In this document: piece after piece, positions 9,578 to 21,708 of the stretch
Layout of the letters: each line of letters opens with the position of its first letter
Position numbering within the stretch: position 1 is the stretch's first letter
IMG/VR virus record: IMGVR_UViG_3300031992_000417
Coordinates: 1 to 26,066 of that record
Length of the DNA stretch: 26,066 nt
Origin: a virus
Direction: 5' to 3' (one strand)
Position numbers and translations under genes: made by a program
Notes under the pieces: generated by a model
Seen by the model: the letters and a program-made list of their open reading frames with translations, nothing else
Databases searched by the model: none
Told to the model about the DNA's origin: nothing

Positions 9578-10486
9578 ATGAGTTATGCTTTAATTAATAC
9601 TAATGATTTAACTACTCTTGGTAATGCTATTCGTGCGAAAACTGGTGATAGTAATAATTTAAGTATTAGCGAAATGGCTACTGCTGTCAATGGAATTACA
9701 ACTGGTAGTGGTGGTTCTAATTCTCCGCCTAATCGTGGTATGACATTCGAACAAACTAGCGATGGTGAGGGAAACCCAGTTATAAATATAGATTTATATG
9801 GAGCATATCAATATCATTTAAGTTATTCATCAATCTCGGCTGTAAAACCAGTGGTTCTTTTAACAAATATTTGTAGTCTAATTGGAAGACAATATAAGGA
9901 AATTGGTTGGTATACAACAAACTACATTAATATTACTTTACACGATAATAGTATAGATACCATTCCAGCATATTTTTTAAAACACTAGTATACGCCAAGT
10001 ACTGATAATATTATTCATCTTAGTTTAGCAGATAATACGCAAATAAAAACGTTAGAAGAAAATTGTTTGGAGTATTGCGGTCAAATATAGTTACCAACTA
10101 ATTTTTTTGATAGTATAGAGGCAATAGACTCTTATGCTTTGAATTATGCTAATTTTTAGTCTTATAATAATGGTATATTGGAATTGCCTACTAGTTTGAC
10201 GCGTATTAATAGTTCGGCTTTTAATGGTATTAGGGGAATTACAACTTTGATTATCCATAGAGATAATTTGGCGTCGATTGGCTAGTATGCTTTTCGATAT
10301 AGTAAACTAACAACCGTATATTTTATTGGTAATCGCGAGCAAGGTATAACGATAAATAGTCAAGCCTTTTCGAATACATCTGACCTTACTGATATTTATG
10401 TGCCTTGGAGCGAAGGCGATGTTGCTAATGCCCCTTGGGGTGCTACTAATGCGACTATCCATTATAATTGGACGCCGAGTGAATAA
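9578..10486 (+). CDS. Leucine-rich-repeat (BspA-type) fibre or receptor-binding protein
   Basis: The ATG lies 1 nt after the fibre TGA. N-terminus MSYALINTNDLTTLGNAIRAKTG..., then LRR units (...IDSYALNYANF..LELPTSLTRINSSAFNG...LASIG[TAG]YAFRYSKLTTVYF...INSQAFSNTSDLTDIYVPW...APWGATNATIHY). Four in-frame TAGs. TAA stop. Confidence 0.8.
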
Positions 10487-10499
10487 TAATATATTAAAA

Positions 10500-10534
10500 T
10501 TTGGGTGATATTTTATTATCACCCAAATTATTTT
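10500..10534 (+). terminator. Rho-independent terminator after the fibre cassette
   Basis: An 11-bp stem TTTGGGTGATA (10500-10510) / TATCACCCAAA (10517-10527), a 6-nt loop, then TTATTTT. Confidence 0.8.
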
Positions 10535-10550
10535 GAGGAAGTAGATAAAG

Positions 10551-11183
10551 ATGGCTTTAATTGGGACTTTTGAATTAATAAATTTTGAAAGTGATATAAA
10601 TATTGAGACCCCGTGGGGGAGTGCTGATAACGCTTTTGACCCTACGTATATTTTAGATATATGCTGTGAAATGTTTTTAGAAGGTAGCACGGAAGTATGC
10701 CCTGTTGATACTGGATTATTAGTTAGTTCAATTTCTGCCACCACTGATGGAGATGGTTTTATCGCAATAGCAGATACTGATTATGCGTAGTATGTTGAAT
10801 ATGGCACCTGGAAAATGGGTGCGTAGCCCTATTTTGAAGAACCTTTCTATGAGGCTTGCCAAATTGCGATATAGAACTGTTTAGGTTTATATGTGGCAGT
10901 TGTAGTAGGAACATATGGATAGGCTACTTCGGCGATATATGAAACTTATCATATGTTGGTCCAAGAAGCCTATGAAGAATATCGGGCAGAGATTGAAATG
11001 ATATTAGGCTCGCCTGGGACAAGTGATGAAAAAGGCATAGAAATGGGTGAAGCCTGGGCTGAATATAAAGCAAGACGGGAAGAATTAACAGCAGAACGGG
11101 ATGATTATTTAGCAAGCGCTTTTTCTCAAAGTAAAGATTATGAGGATGGCATAGATTTTTCTTATGAAGTAGAAATTGATTAA
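10551..11183 (+). CDS. HK97 gp10-family head-tail joining / tail-completion protein
   Basis: ...CPVDTGLLVSSISATTDGDGFIAIADTDYA[TAG]YVEYGTWKMGA[TAG]PYFEEPFYEA... matches the gp10 signature (vP.DTG.L..s......YA.yvE.GT....a.Pf..pa). Four in-frame TAGs join track ORFs 10551-10790 and 10953-11183. TAA stop. Confidence 0.85.
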
Positions 11184-11200
11184 AAGGAGGGCATTGCCTT

Positions 11201-11383
11201 ATGGCATTTTTAAATAATAAAATGACCGCCTATACTGCCCCAGATGGGTTGGTTTATGATTATGCGGTAGCCCGTGAAGATGGCGAACACTTATATGTAA
11301 AGTATTTATACTTAACTAAATTTGATAATATCAATAATTATGTATTGGTGGATGACCCATATGATACAAAAGATAAAAACTGA
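11201..11383 (+). CDS. Hypothetical small protein (60 aa)
   Basis: AAGGAGG at 11184-11190 precedes ATG 11201. Uninterrupted, TGA stop. No family recognised. Confidence 0.55.
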   Translation: MAFLNNKMTAYTAPDGLVYDYAVAREDGEHLYVKYLYLTKFDNINNYVLVDDPYDTKDKN

Positions 11384-11774
11384 TTTATGTAATTTAGTGC
11401 GTTCGCTTGGCTATAATATCACAGATAATGGGGCTTATGTAGAAAATTTTCCTTGGCTGATGTTAAGGGTAAGTAGCAATCACAATTACCGCACGACAAC
11501 TACAATAGAAAATGATTTAACACTTATTATTGATATTTTTAGTATTTATAAAGGTGAAAAAGAAATACTCGATATTGTTAGCAATATCACTAATCATATT
11601 TGGGAATTAAAAGAAAACAATCCAAATATTATTTATATTAATCAAAGAGATTTAAAGATTATTGATGATAAAGCAACCGGTCCCGTTAAAAAGCACGGGA
11701 TTGTTTATTATACATTTTCACTATCTTCTTCTATTGGAGAGGAGGACAACACAGATGATACAACCGGGAATTGA
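11361..11774 (+). CDS. Putative tail terminator / tail-completion protein (assigned by position)
   Basis: The frame is open from 11322. I prefer ATG 11361 because GGTGGA lies 8 nt upstream. The gene lies between the gp10-like gene and the major tail gene. No TAG. TGA stop overlaps the next gene. Confidence 0.6.
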   Translation: MIQKIKTDLCNLVRSLGYNITDNGAYVENFPWLMLRVSSNHNYRTTTTIENDLTLIIDIFSIYKGEKEILDIVSNITNHIWELKENNPNIIYINQRDLKIIDDKATGPVKKHGIVYYTFSLSSSIGEEDNTDDTTGN

Positions 11775-12138
11775 TGTTGTTGTAATGATTGATAATAAAC
11801 CAGTAGCAGGACAAACTAATGCGAAATTAAATAGAATGATGAGCGCTATTGAGATTACGAATAAAGTTACTGGTGATTGGAAAGAATATATAGCAGGATT
11901 GCGGAATTGGAAAATTCAGTGCGATGGTTTATATGTGGTAGATGATGAAAGTTTAAATTCATTAGAAGATGCTTTTATGAATAACACAGAAATAGAAGTA
12001 AAATTATCTCTAAATAATAAGAACTATTTTGGTCGGGCTTTGATAATTGACTATCCCTTAAACTCAAATTATAATGCGTAGTTCAAGTATAATTTAACAT
12101 TATTAGGAAATGGAGCATTATCAATTGTTAATAACTGA
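11755..12138 (+). CDS. Major tail (tube) protein, TP901-1/phi13-like small MTP
   Basis: GGAGAGGAGG precedes ATG 11755. ...VAGQTNAKLNRMMSAIEITNKVTGDWKEYIAGLRNWKIQCDGLYVVDDESLNSLEDAFMNNTEIEVKL...GRALIIDYPLNSNYNA[TAG]FKYNLTLLGNGAL fits the siphovirus tube-protein pattern. One in-frame TAG (12079). TGA stop. Confidence 0.78.
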
Positions 12139-12415
12139 ACGCCCGCAGGTAGAGATAGATAAGTGGTATGCTATCGCAATAGGAGAAATAGGCATACCAC
12201 CTATTGATTTCTATACTATGACAGTGGAAGAATTAGAATTAGCATATAAGGGTTATCAGTAGAGGTTAGAAGATTAGACTAATTTGTTCTTATTAGCATT
12301 AATTAGAAGCAAAAGCGATAATAAATATGAACTTTTTCATATAACAGAAGATTTGGGATATAATATAGGTAGTTTAGAAGAACGCCAACAAGTATTCCAA
12401 AAATTAAATCTATAA
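12110..12415 (+). CDS. Small helical protein in the tail-chaperone / tape-measure slot (101 aa)
   Basis: This is the first ATG after an in-frame TAA at 12095, and it overlaps the MTP 3' end in the +1 frame. ...IGIPPIDFYTMTVEELELAYKGY[TAG]QRLED... resembles the 'P.eFw.mT..E' motif of small proteins encoded beside tape-measure genes. Two in-frame TAGs. TAA stop. The RBS is weak. Confidence 0.5.
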
Positions 12416-12428
12416 GGGGTTATATAAA

Positions 12429-12623
12429 ATGGATTTAATAAATCAACAAATTTAGACACTAATGGATAATTAGAGTTAGGTTAGTATTAGTTAGCCACCA
12501 CAAGACCAAACTCCACAAATGGTTTTACAAAATAGTAATGCTAATAATGAGATGACCGAAGAACAAATTGCTCGTGTCGCTGGACGCGGGATTGATAGAG
12601 AAGGAGGTAATTATTAGTGCTAA
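12429..12623 (+). CDS. Gln-rich microprotein (64 aa) with 5 in-frame TAGs
   Basis: GGGG lies 10 nt upstream of ATG 12429. MDLINQQI[TAG]TLMDN[TAG]S[TAG]VSIS[TAG]PPQDQTPQMVLQNSNANNEMTEEQIARVAGRGIDREGGNY[TAG]C. The TAA at 12621 overlaps the start of the giant ORF. Confidence 0.42.
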
Positions 12624-15600
12624 TTAATGGTGTTGATATTTCAAATTTAGGTATTAAATTATATGATAGAGTATTAAATTCTAATGAGATTAATACTATT
12701 GATGATTGGTTAGATGGAGATATCCAACCAACTAATATTAGACAACAAGTTAAATTTAGAAATATCAAATTAAGTTTTTTATTTTTGAGTAATAATGAAG
12801 AAGACGCATTTTATCGTATTAGTCAATTAACAGCAATGCTGAAACAAGCAACAATTGTATTTGATGATATTAATTTAGAGTTTAATGTAAGCATTACTGG
12901 GACTGCTAATACTCAACGATTAAAAAATGGTAATTTTATCGTTTCTTATAATCTTCATAGCGATTGTGGTAAAGGGCCTCGTGAGGTTTATACAACAAAT
13001 GCCAATCTTACCAGTGCTTTTAATTTAAATGTAATTTATTATAAGAACTCTACTGAATTATTAGCAAGTGAAACAGTTGTAATTAGGGCTTCAAGTTTTA
13101 CAGGTGTTAATGACAGCCCAGCGAGTATTGGCATAGATGTAAATAAGTATTTAACAGATTACTATAACACAGGAGTAATTACCAATTTAAATGGATTAGA
13201 ATTAACTTATAGTAATTTGGCTTATGTGGGGACAGTTATTATTAACTATTCGCCAATTCAATATAATTTAACTATTGACTATATGATGGATGATGGAGAA
13301 GGATAGTTTATTGATGACACCGAAGAAACTATTGCTTTTACATATCAACAGTTATAGTCTATTTAGACTATTGGTTAGTTAATTCAGCCACAAGCAAATC
13401 AACCAATAGGATATAAAACTAATATTATATTTACGGGAGCATTAACCGTAGAAAATATTTTAGCGCAAAGCCCAATTAAAGTTTTATATCAAAAAATAAC
13501 AAATCCAGCGCAAAAGACTATTGAAGTCAAATACTACGATGAGGCAGATAATGGCAATTGGCGTTTATTAAATACTGTTAATGTCGTAGTAAATGAAACT
13601 GAAATTTATGATGGTTCAGTCCTTGGTGATATTATTGATGTATCCGCAGAGAGACCAGATGAGCGTTATTATAACAATGGTTATATAGTAGACAATGATG
13701 CTAATAATTTAATTGTATTTGAAGAATTAGATTTAAGTTATAGTGTTAGATACCCACGAATTGAAAAAACAATTTGGGTAGAATATTATGCTGGCACTTA
13801 CCCAGGCTGGTATAGAATGCTTATTTCTTCTTTAACAGTAAAGTATAAAGATAGTTATAGCACCGATTTTGATTTATCTCAATTAGGTCTTAATTTAAAT
13901 AGATGTAAAACAAAAGATTATGAGGAAGGCAGAGTATTTAATTCAGGCAGTTTAGGAACCTATGATGATGTTGTCACTACTGGAATTATTCAGGTTTATT
14001 ATGTGCCAATAGATTATGAAATTGTAGTGAATTTTTAGACTGATGATGACCCTACAATTAATCAACAGACTTTTACAGTTAATATTTTAGATTTTGTTGG
14101 CTCTCCCTCATTAAATGATATTATCCCTATTAGTGAGTATCGTCCAGAGGGTTATTAGTTAGATGTTGAAAAAAGTTATAATGGAAAATTAGAGTTAGAT
14201 GAATTAATAGCATCTTCTCCTATTACTATTACATTTACTGAAATTGAAGCAGACCAAACTAAAAATATTATTATTCGTTATAAACAAGAATTAGCAAGCA
14301 CTTTTTCTACACTTAATACAAGTCTTATTAGTATTAATAAAAGTGATTGTGTTGGTGGCGTGCGTTTAAAGAATATAATTAATTTAGATATGTATAAACC
14401 AACTTATTATGAAAGTGGTATTGTTGATATGTATAGCGATACTGCGTTGGTTGAATTTGATGATTTATAGAGTTCTTATGATATTCTTTATATGGCATCT
14501 TATTATTCTACTCCCGTAAGGTATTATACAGATGATGTTGATGATATGAACTGGATAGGTAGCGCTTCTATATCTTATCGTATTATTGATTTTGAGACCA
14601 CCACAACCTTATTTGATTTAGGTTTAGATTTAAATATGTTTAAACCATCTTATGGCGATAATGGTGTCTGCCAATATAATGGTCCAGTAAATTTCTTGTC
14701 ATTAAGAGAATTATTTAGTATTAATATTATATATGATACAATTGAAGAACCAGAAGGCGATGACGGTATTGATTACCCACATAGGTTCTTATTTACTTGG
14801 GCCAATGATTTTGGTAGTTTTGAAAGCGTATATCCAAATTTAGATTTTAGACATTCATATATTAATACTGGTTTTACTTGCGATGATATGGCACGCGTTA
14901 CAATTACAATGGAATGTGACAAAGTTGATAGAAATACACCATTCCACGATATCAATGGTCCTTATGGCTACTTATTTGGTAGTGATGGTGGCGTTACTGG
15001 CGCTTTTTATATGCGTTTTAATAACCAAACAACTCATCACGCAGGTGAATTAACGGGTGTTAATACTTATGAAGCATAGGCTGGTTATCATTCATCTGTA
15101 TTAACCTTAACTGAATAGGATGCTGTTGGTTTTAGTGCCAATACCGGTATTTATGCGTCAGCCCAAGAGGGTTATAGTAATGCGACATTTACTTATACAA
15201 ATCCATTAGCGGTAGAGGGTTTCCCATATAATAGAATTGTATATCCTATTTATTTATTTGCTAATAATAATGGCGGACGATACGAATATGGTATTGGTGG
15301 CATTGGTATTTATGGTTGCCGTATTTATTATAACAATGTGCTGGTTCGTGATTTTATTCCAGTCCAAGAGTATGATAAGATTGGTGATTTGGTCGCCCCA
15401 AGCAATTGTTTATATGATAAAGTTAGCAAGACATTTTTTGAAGATGCTAGTGGCAATAACGGTTTTAATATAAAAGATGATGACCGTTATGTAGATACAA
15501 ACCCAGCCCATAAAATTGGATTTTGTTATGTAAATTATTATCAAAATAATTTAAGATTTAAGACAGTCAAATATTTCTTCCGTGGGGATGATTTTACTGA

Positions 15601-18600
15601 TGGCAAGACCTATGACCCATTTGAAGAATGGGAAATAGAAGATAATCAGCCAATGTTCTATAAGCCAGGCGTAATTACTGATATAGGGAATATCAATTTT
15701 ACATTTAATGGATTAAATGGTTAGGTCTTTAATGTTCTTTATGAAGAAGACGAAAATAACATTGTCGTAAATTATTATCGTGATGATAATGATGGCGGAG
15801 ACCCCGTTTTATTACATAGCGATACAATAACATTATCACAGCGCGACTTTTATTAGGTTCCTACTTTTGGTGATATTGTTAGATTAAATAAATATAAACC
15901 AGCAGGTTATAAAACTGATTATGAGTTCCCTGAAATGAAGGTGTCATTAGCCAGAGTATTAGCGCACGCGCCATATACAATTACTTATACGCCTGAAACG
16001 GAACCATTAGAAGATTATACAACAACTATCAAATATATTAAAAAAGTTTATGGCATTAGAACTTATGAAACCATTGCGGAAGATATTTTACATTTTGATT
16101 AGACAGATTTTAGAGATGGCGAATATATTGATTTTTACATTGAAAAAAATAAATATAAACCAGAGCGTTTCTATGTAGATGGAGAATATTATCAATGGTA
16201 TGAGATGGATGAAAAATTAAATAGCCCAAGTGATTTAAAACCAATCTATACAGTGGTTTATGATTGCGCGCGCCAGTATATTGATGTAAATTACTATACT
16301 GATGAATGGGACGAAGAGAACTTAATTGCTTCTACCACTTGGTCTTATCAATTAGATGAGTTTGACCCAGAGTATCCATTCTATATTGTTGATTAGTTGC
16401 CAAATACTTATATCAATAAATATCGTCCAAGAAATTGTGATGGAGGACAATTACAAAATAGTGATGTAGCATATACTTTTTATACTCTCGCTGATTTAGA
16501 AGAAATCGCAATTGTATATGAAAGTATTAGCGAACCAAATGACCCAAATGAAGCATATTATGAAAAGAAAGTTTTATGTTTTGGTGATTTATGTAATAAA
16601 ATTTATCCAAGTATAAAAGATATCAATTTGGGTATATAGAGAGGTGTTTTACCTCATCCATTACAAGTGCCATATATTGATTTAGGCTATAAACCAAAAG
16701 AAATTGGGCGTTTAAGAGTTGAATTAACTGGCACTGCTAAACCAATTGGTGTTATAGCCCCAACAAGCCCATATTCTAATTTAGATACGGGATTTTGCGG
16801 GTTATTTGGATATCGTGGAGCACCAAATGATTTCATCGCTATTGCGAATACAAGTTATAGTGAAACTAAATTACCAGATACAATAGCCAGCCCATATATA
16901 TCAGTGAATGAGGAATTTGGAATAGATACATTGAAACCTGTATGGTCCAAAGGTGAATTTTATATTCAACCTCGTGTTCCTAGCACAGAGGGGGCATTTT
17001 GGATTTGGGATTACAGCGGTCCTTCAAGTATCGATGGTTAGAAATATATTGATAATGTAATGACAAGAAATAGAATGCCGCCTAATGATGTTTATTATAT
17101 CAAACCAGGTATGGTAGCCAGTTTTAGAAGAGGGTTACCTTTTGATGTTGATAATGATTATAATACAATATCAGCATTTAAAGAAAATAAATTTACTAAA
17201 ACCTATACTTGGGAAGGCGTGCCTGATAAAGAAACAGATGGATATATGTAGGTTAATAGTGATAGATTACTGTCCCAAGGGCTACAATCATTTGATGAAA
17301 CAGAAAGATATGATAATTAGGACGGCACCTGGGTTGGAGATTATGCTATTGCTAACCCATTTACAGTAGTATTAGATGCTTATAATAATTATTGTAGTAT
17401 TTGGAATTATCACGATAGCAATTATCCATTTATATGGAAATTTGAAAATACTGATAATTCAATTTGGGAAGATATAGAGAGACCAAAAGGGTCTTTATCT
17501 TTATTTACTACAACAAATCCATATTCAGGAAAACCCAATATATTAGATGACTACTATTGGTCTTACCCTTCTATGACAGCATTATAGGGCGGTATGACTA
17601 TGAGGTTTTAGCAAACTGTTTTAGGTTTAAACCCATACGATGCTAATAGTTGGAAAACAAAAGCAAATGGTGAAGATGAAATAGGTTATGGTTATATTAA
17701 AACTACTGTTAGAACAAAAAAGAAAAATCCTGACACTGGCAAATGGGAGAAAGTTGAAACTGAAATATCAAGAAATGTTATGTGGGCTGACTGGGTATTC
17801 CCAACATTCCCTTGGTTAGCGGGGGCTGCTATTTATAGTTTAAAAATCTATGATAGAGATAAATTAGTGCGTGATTTAATCCCAGTAGGTAAGGGCGATA
17901 AGATATATGATTATATAATGCCAGAAAATGGTTTATTTGACCTTATTACTGAAATTTTCTTTGGAGATAGCAACCCAGGTAAAGCAACATAGCGTTTAAA
18001 TACGGTTAGTAGTGAAGAATTTACTTATACACCATTCTCATTATATGCTATTCCAGATTTTAATATTTATGGTAAAATTACTACAAATTATTATGATTAT
18101 GATAATTCATTTATTGAAAATAAATTTGTAGATGTCCCGATGTGGTTTTGCGGGCGTAATACAACCATTGAAGAAATACTTGAATGGAATGATTATAAAC
18201 CTGATGATTACCACTTGGATGGATGGATTGATGTTGATTAGGACTGGTCTTGGTTAGGCGATAAAATGAACCTCGCTCAAATTTATGAAATGGGTTCAAT
18301 TAATGTTTATTACCGTCTTCGCACATTTACTAAAACAGTTGTATATTATCGTGATAATGTCCGTATTGGCAGTAGAGATATAATGTATTCATTAGAAGAT
18401 ATCCAAAACGCTCATAATTTAGCAGATTTAGGTATCAATGTAGATTTATATTATAACTCACAATTTAAACACGGTCGTGTTGTTTATAACGAACAAATCA
18501 TCGCACAAGATGATATTGAAGCATTTATTAATGCTCCAAGTCCAATAGTGGTATATGATAAATTAACACAAGAAGAAGCACCTAATCTTTTATATGTTGA

Positions 18601-21600
18601 ATATTATAGAGGCGGGGCTTACGATGACGGACTTATTACATTAGATGAAAATGATAGTAATTATTTAGATTGTGATTTAACCGCAAGGGTTCTTAATCCA
18701 AATGGAGCAATTAAATATTATAATCATTATCATCAAGCGCTTTATGAAGATGAAGACTTTGGCGAATTTATCCCATATCAAGTCAAAGTTTTAGATAAAT
18801 ACGCGGGTTTACACGCTGGTCCTGCTCGTAAATATAAAACTCTCGCAATGATTATATAGCGCGATACTTATACAATTATTCAAGAGCGTAATGGCTGGGG
18901 TAGATTAAGAGAGTATCCTAATGCGTGGATTTTATTAAGCGCTACTGAACCTATTACTGGTCCTGGTTAGAACCCAGACTATGACAATGGTTATGGTAAG
19001 GCTACTACTGAAACCAACATTAATTTAAGGTCTTCACCAAGTTTAATGTATAATAACAATATTATTGGCGTTATTCCAACGGGCACAGAGGTTGATATTA
19101 TTGGTGAAATGACCCGCGTTAGTGGGAGAAACTGGTATCCAGTGCGTTATTTGACTTATCAAGGCTATGTTGTTGATGAATATATCAATATTACTAAATC
19201 ATATTTAGGAGAACAACTAGTTATTCCATTTGGTGAATATGTTGATATTACAAAAATGACAGTAGATAGATTATGGTGCTATGCCCCTGATTTTGAAAGT
19301 TGGATTAAAGCAGAAGATATTAGTTTTAATCAAGCAGGTAAATTATATAACGGATTAAAAATTGATGTTATTGATTTAGATGGAATTGATTTCAGTAATG
19401 TATCTTCATTAGAAGATATGGGTATTGATATTTAGAAGTATGTATTGCGTTTCCATAATGATAGTAATTATAGTTATAGTGGCGACTATACATACAACGC
19501 ATTTAGTCAATTACATAATATTGATGTTGTATATCCAGAAACAATTTACAACTATTCTTGTATTTATTACCAAGATAATAAAGCAGAACAAAATAGATTA
19601 GGCGCATCTGCGTTTAGTTGCTCCATCAGTGATTGGAACCCAGATTGGGATACATTCATTGCTACCTCTTGGCAAACAGAAGAAGTTTATGGAGAAGCCG
19701 TGGCTAAAAATGGCACACAAACAACTGGTAATATTAATATCCGTAAAGAAAAAGATGTTAATAGTGAATTAGTTGGGACTGTTCCAATAGGCGAAACAGT
19801 GTCTATCACCGGTGAAAGTTCTGTGGTTGGTAGTTATACTTGGTATCCTGTTCTTTATGGAGAATACGCTGGATATATCCGCACTGTTAATTTAACTGTG
19901 GTTAGCGAATATGGTGGGACTATGGAAATTAATCCTCAATTATATCGTGATACAGTATTAACATTAACCTGGGATTATTTCGGTTTTGAACGCAACTTAT
20001 ATCGTCCTACTGGTTATGGTGAAGGTATTTACTTATGGAACCCTCGTTCTTGGGATAAAGACAATATTAAATTTAGTTTTGAAGAATTAATTAAATGTGG
20101 CACTCAATATGTTGTATATCCAATCTTTAACCCAGACACTTATAAGATTTGGGTATAGGGTAATTATTTAGGAAAATATGTATAGAGAAGTATTAACGAC
20201 CCATATTATGGGACCACATACTATCATATGTATTTAAATAATCCAGGTATTAAAATAGATTTAAGCGATGAAACACACGAATATAATTTATATAATACCG
20301 ACCATTATAGTATTTATGGTGCTGGTGAATGGCGTAATGATTTAGGCTATGGCGGGCACGAATATTCCGGTAATTATTTCTATATTAATAGTGGTGAAAA
20401 CGCATATTATAACACACGATTAGGTCCTATTGTATTTTCTCTTTCAAGCAATTATCGCTTTAATGGTATAAGTATGCCATATAAAACAATGTCTCCATCA
20501 AACGGGAATGTGCCAGACGCAATCCAAAATACTAAAAATGGAGATGTGTTGATTGGCGATGTATCGAATTATCGTTATAGCCCAACTGATATAGTAGGTA
20601 TTGGTAATGACTATGAAGGAAGAGAAAGATAGTATTACATTACAGGCAAATTAAGCCAATTACAAGATAATACAAATCTTATTGGTTATCATTATGATGT
20701 GCCTGATAACTCCACTGATTATGATTTACGCAATCAATGGTGTCGTGGTATTATTTATGAAGTTATTAGTTATTATGACTTTATGATGATACATTATTAT
20801 GTGCCAGTGCCAAAAGGTTTATGGTATCGTTATAATGGAGAAACATTAAGAATGCCTGATAATGGATTATTTGATTTACTTACGGGTGAATTTAAACAAG
20901 GATTTAGGGCGAGCAAAGACAGCGATTTAGTTCCTACTGGTTTTAGTGGCACATTGGGTGATGGCAAAGAACTTATTTTCTTACGCAATCAAAATATTAG
21001 TGATAATGCTTATGACTTATTTAATGGTTGGGAATATGAAACAACCGATGTGTCTATTATTAAACGGACAACTGAAAATACTATTGGATATCAATAGCCT
21101 GATGAATATAGTATTTAGATGCGTAATTTAACCGCTGGGCTTATCTTACCAATTGCTAAACAAACTAATGATAGTTAGAATTAGGTTGTTGGTTCTTGGG
21201 ATAAATCTTGTGATGAATGGATAAAACGCGATAAGTTAGAAACTGTCAGTGGATACAATAGTATTGTCGCAGAAGAAGCAACTTATAGTTTAGTGCCTGG
21301 AACTCTTTCAAATTTCTATGTATATAATGACCCATTAGCAGTAAGTCATATTGGAGAATAGAGTGATTATTCTTATGGCAATGCCCCTGGGGTTATTAAA
21401 GTATATTATGTATGTCCTACTCCCGTTGACGGAATGCTATTTGACGGAGCACATTGGATACCCAGATACTATACAAGTTCTGCTACAACTCCATTAAATA
21501 AGAACTATGTAATTACCAAAGATACCAATTATTACAAATTCCCAATCGCAGACAATGAATACCGTATAAATAGTTATTTATATGGTGAGCGCATCACAGT

Positions 21601-21688
21601 ATTGTATGTATGCCAGAACAACACTAACTGGGGCTATACTGGTTAGGGTTGGATTGAAATTGATGGCAATACCAGCGAAGTATTATAA
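12617..21688 (+). CDS. Giant tail protein (3,023 codons): Dit N-terminal domain fused to long arrays of adhesin-like repeats, three 'LVRDxIPV' modules and SH3b-like modules
   Basis: GTG 12617 lies 9 nt after AGGAGG (12602-12607). Fifteen track ORFs (12617 through 21646) all sit in frame 2. I translated every gap and found only TAG (33 in total) and no TAA/TGA until 21686. The N-terminus MLINGVDISNLGIKLYDRVL...FRNIKLSFLF...AFYRISQLTAMLKQATIVFDD fits distal tail protein (Sipho_tail) N-domains. Then come many ~70-90-aa units with (I/V)x(V/I)xYY strands, for example TIEVKYYDEADNG at 13517 and NIVVNYYRDDNDGG at 15758 (MucBP-like pattern). Recurrent modules lie at 15251-15454, 17825-17980 and 20747-20905. 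SH3b-like modules lie at 18776-18955, 19004-19192, 19721-19894 and 21509-21670. Confidence 0.85.
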
Positions 21689-21708
21689 TAGAATGGGGGA
21701 TAAATCAA

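Noticed and set aside
12098-12431. A programmed frameshift linking MTP to 12110-12415 (+1, SPP1 gp17.1*-like), or 12110-12415 to 12429-12623 (G/GT-like).
   Set aside because: The frames are compatible with a +1 event, but I see no slippery heptamer or CCC.TAA-type site in the short overlaps. The second junction has only about 8 nt of open overlap.
5322-21131. Plus-strand alternative-frame track ORFs: 5322-5528, 15237-15473, 17142-17369, 20946-21131, and the 5' extension 11662-11754.
   Set aside because: They overlap genes with clear homology-like motifs in another frame, have no RBS, and give hydrophobic or AT-skewed nonsense translations.
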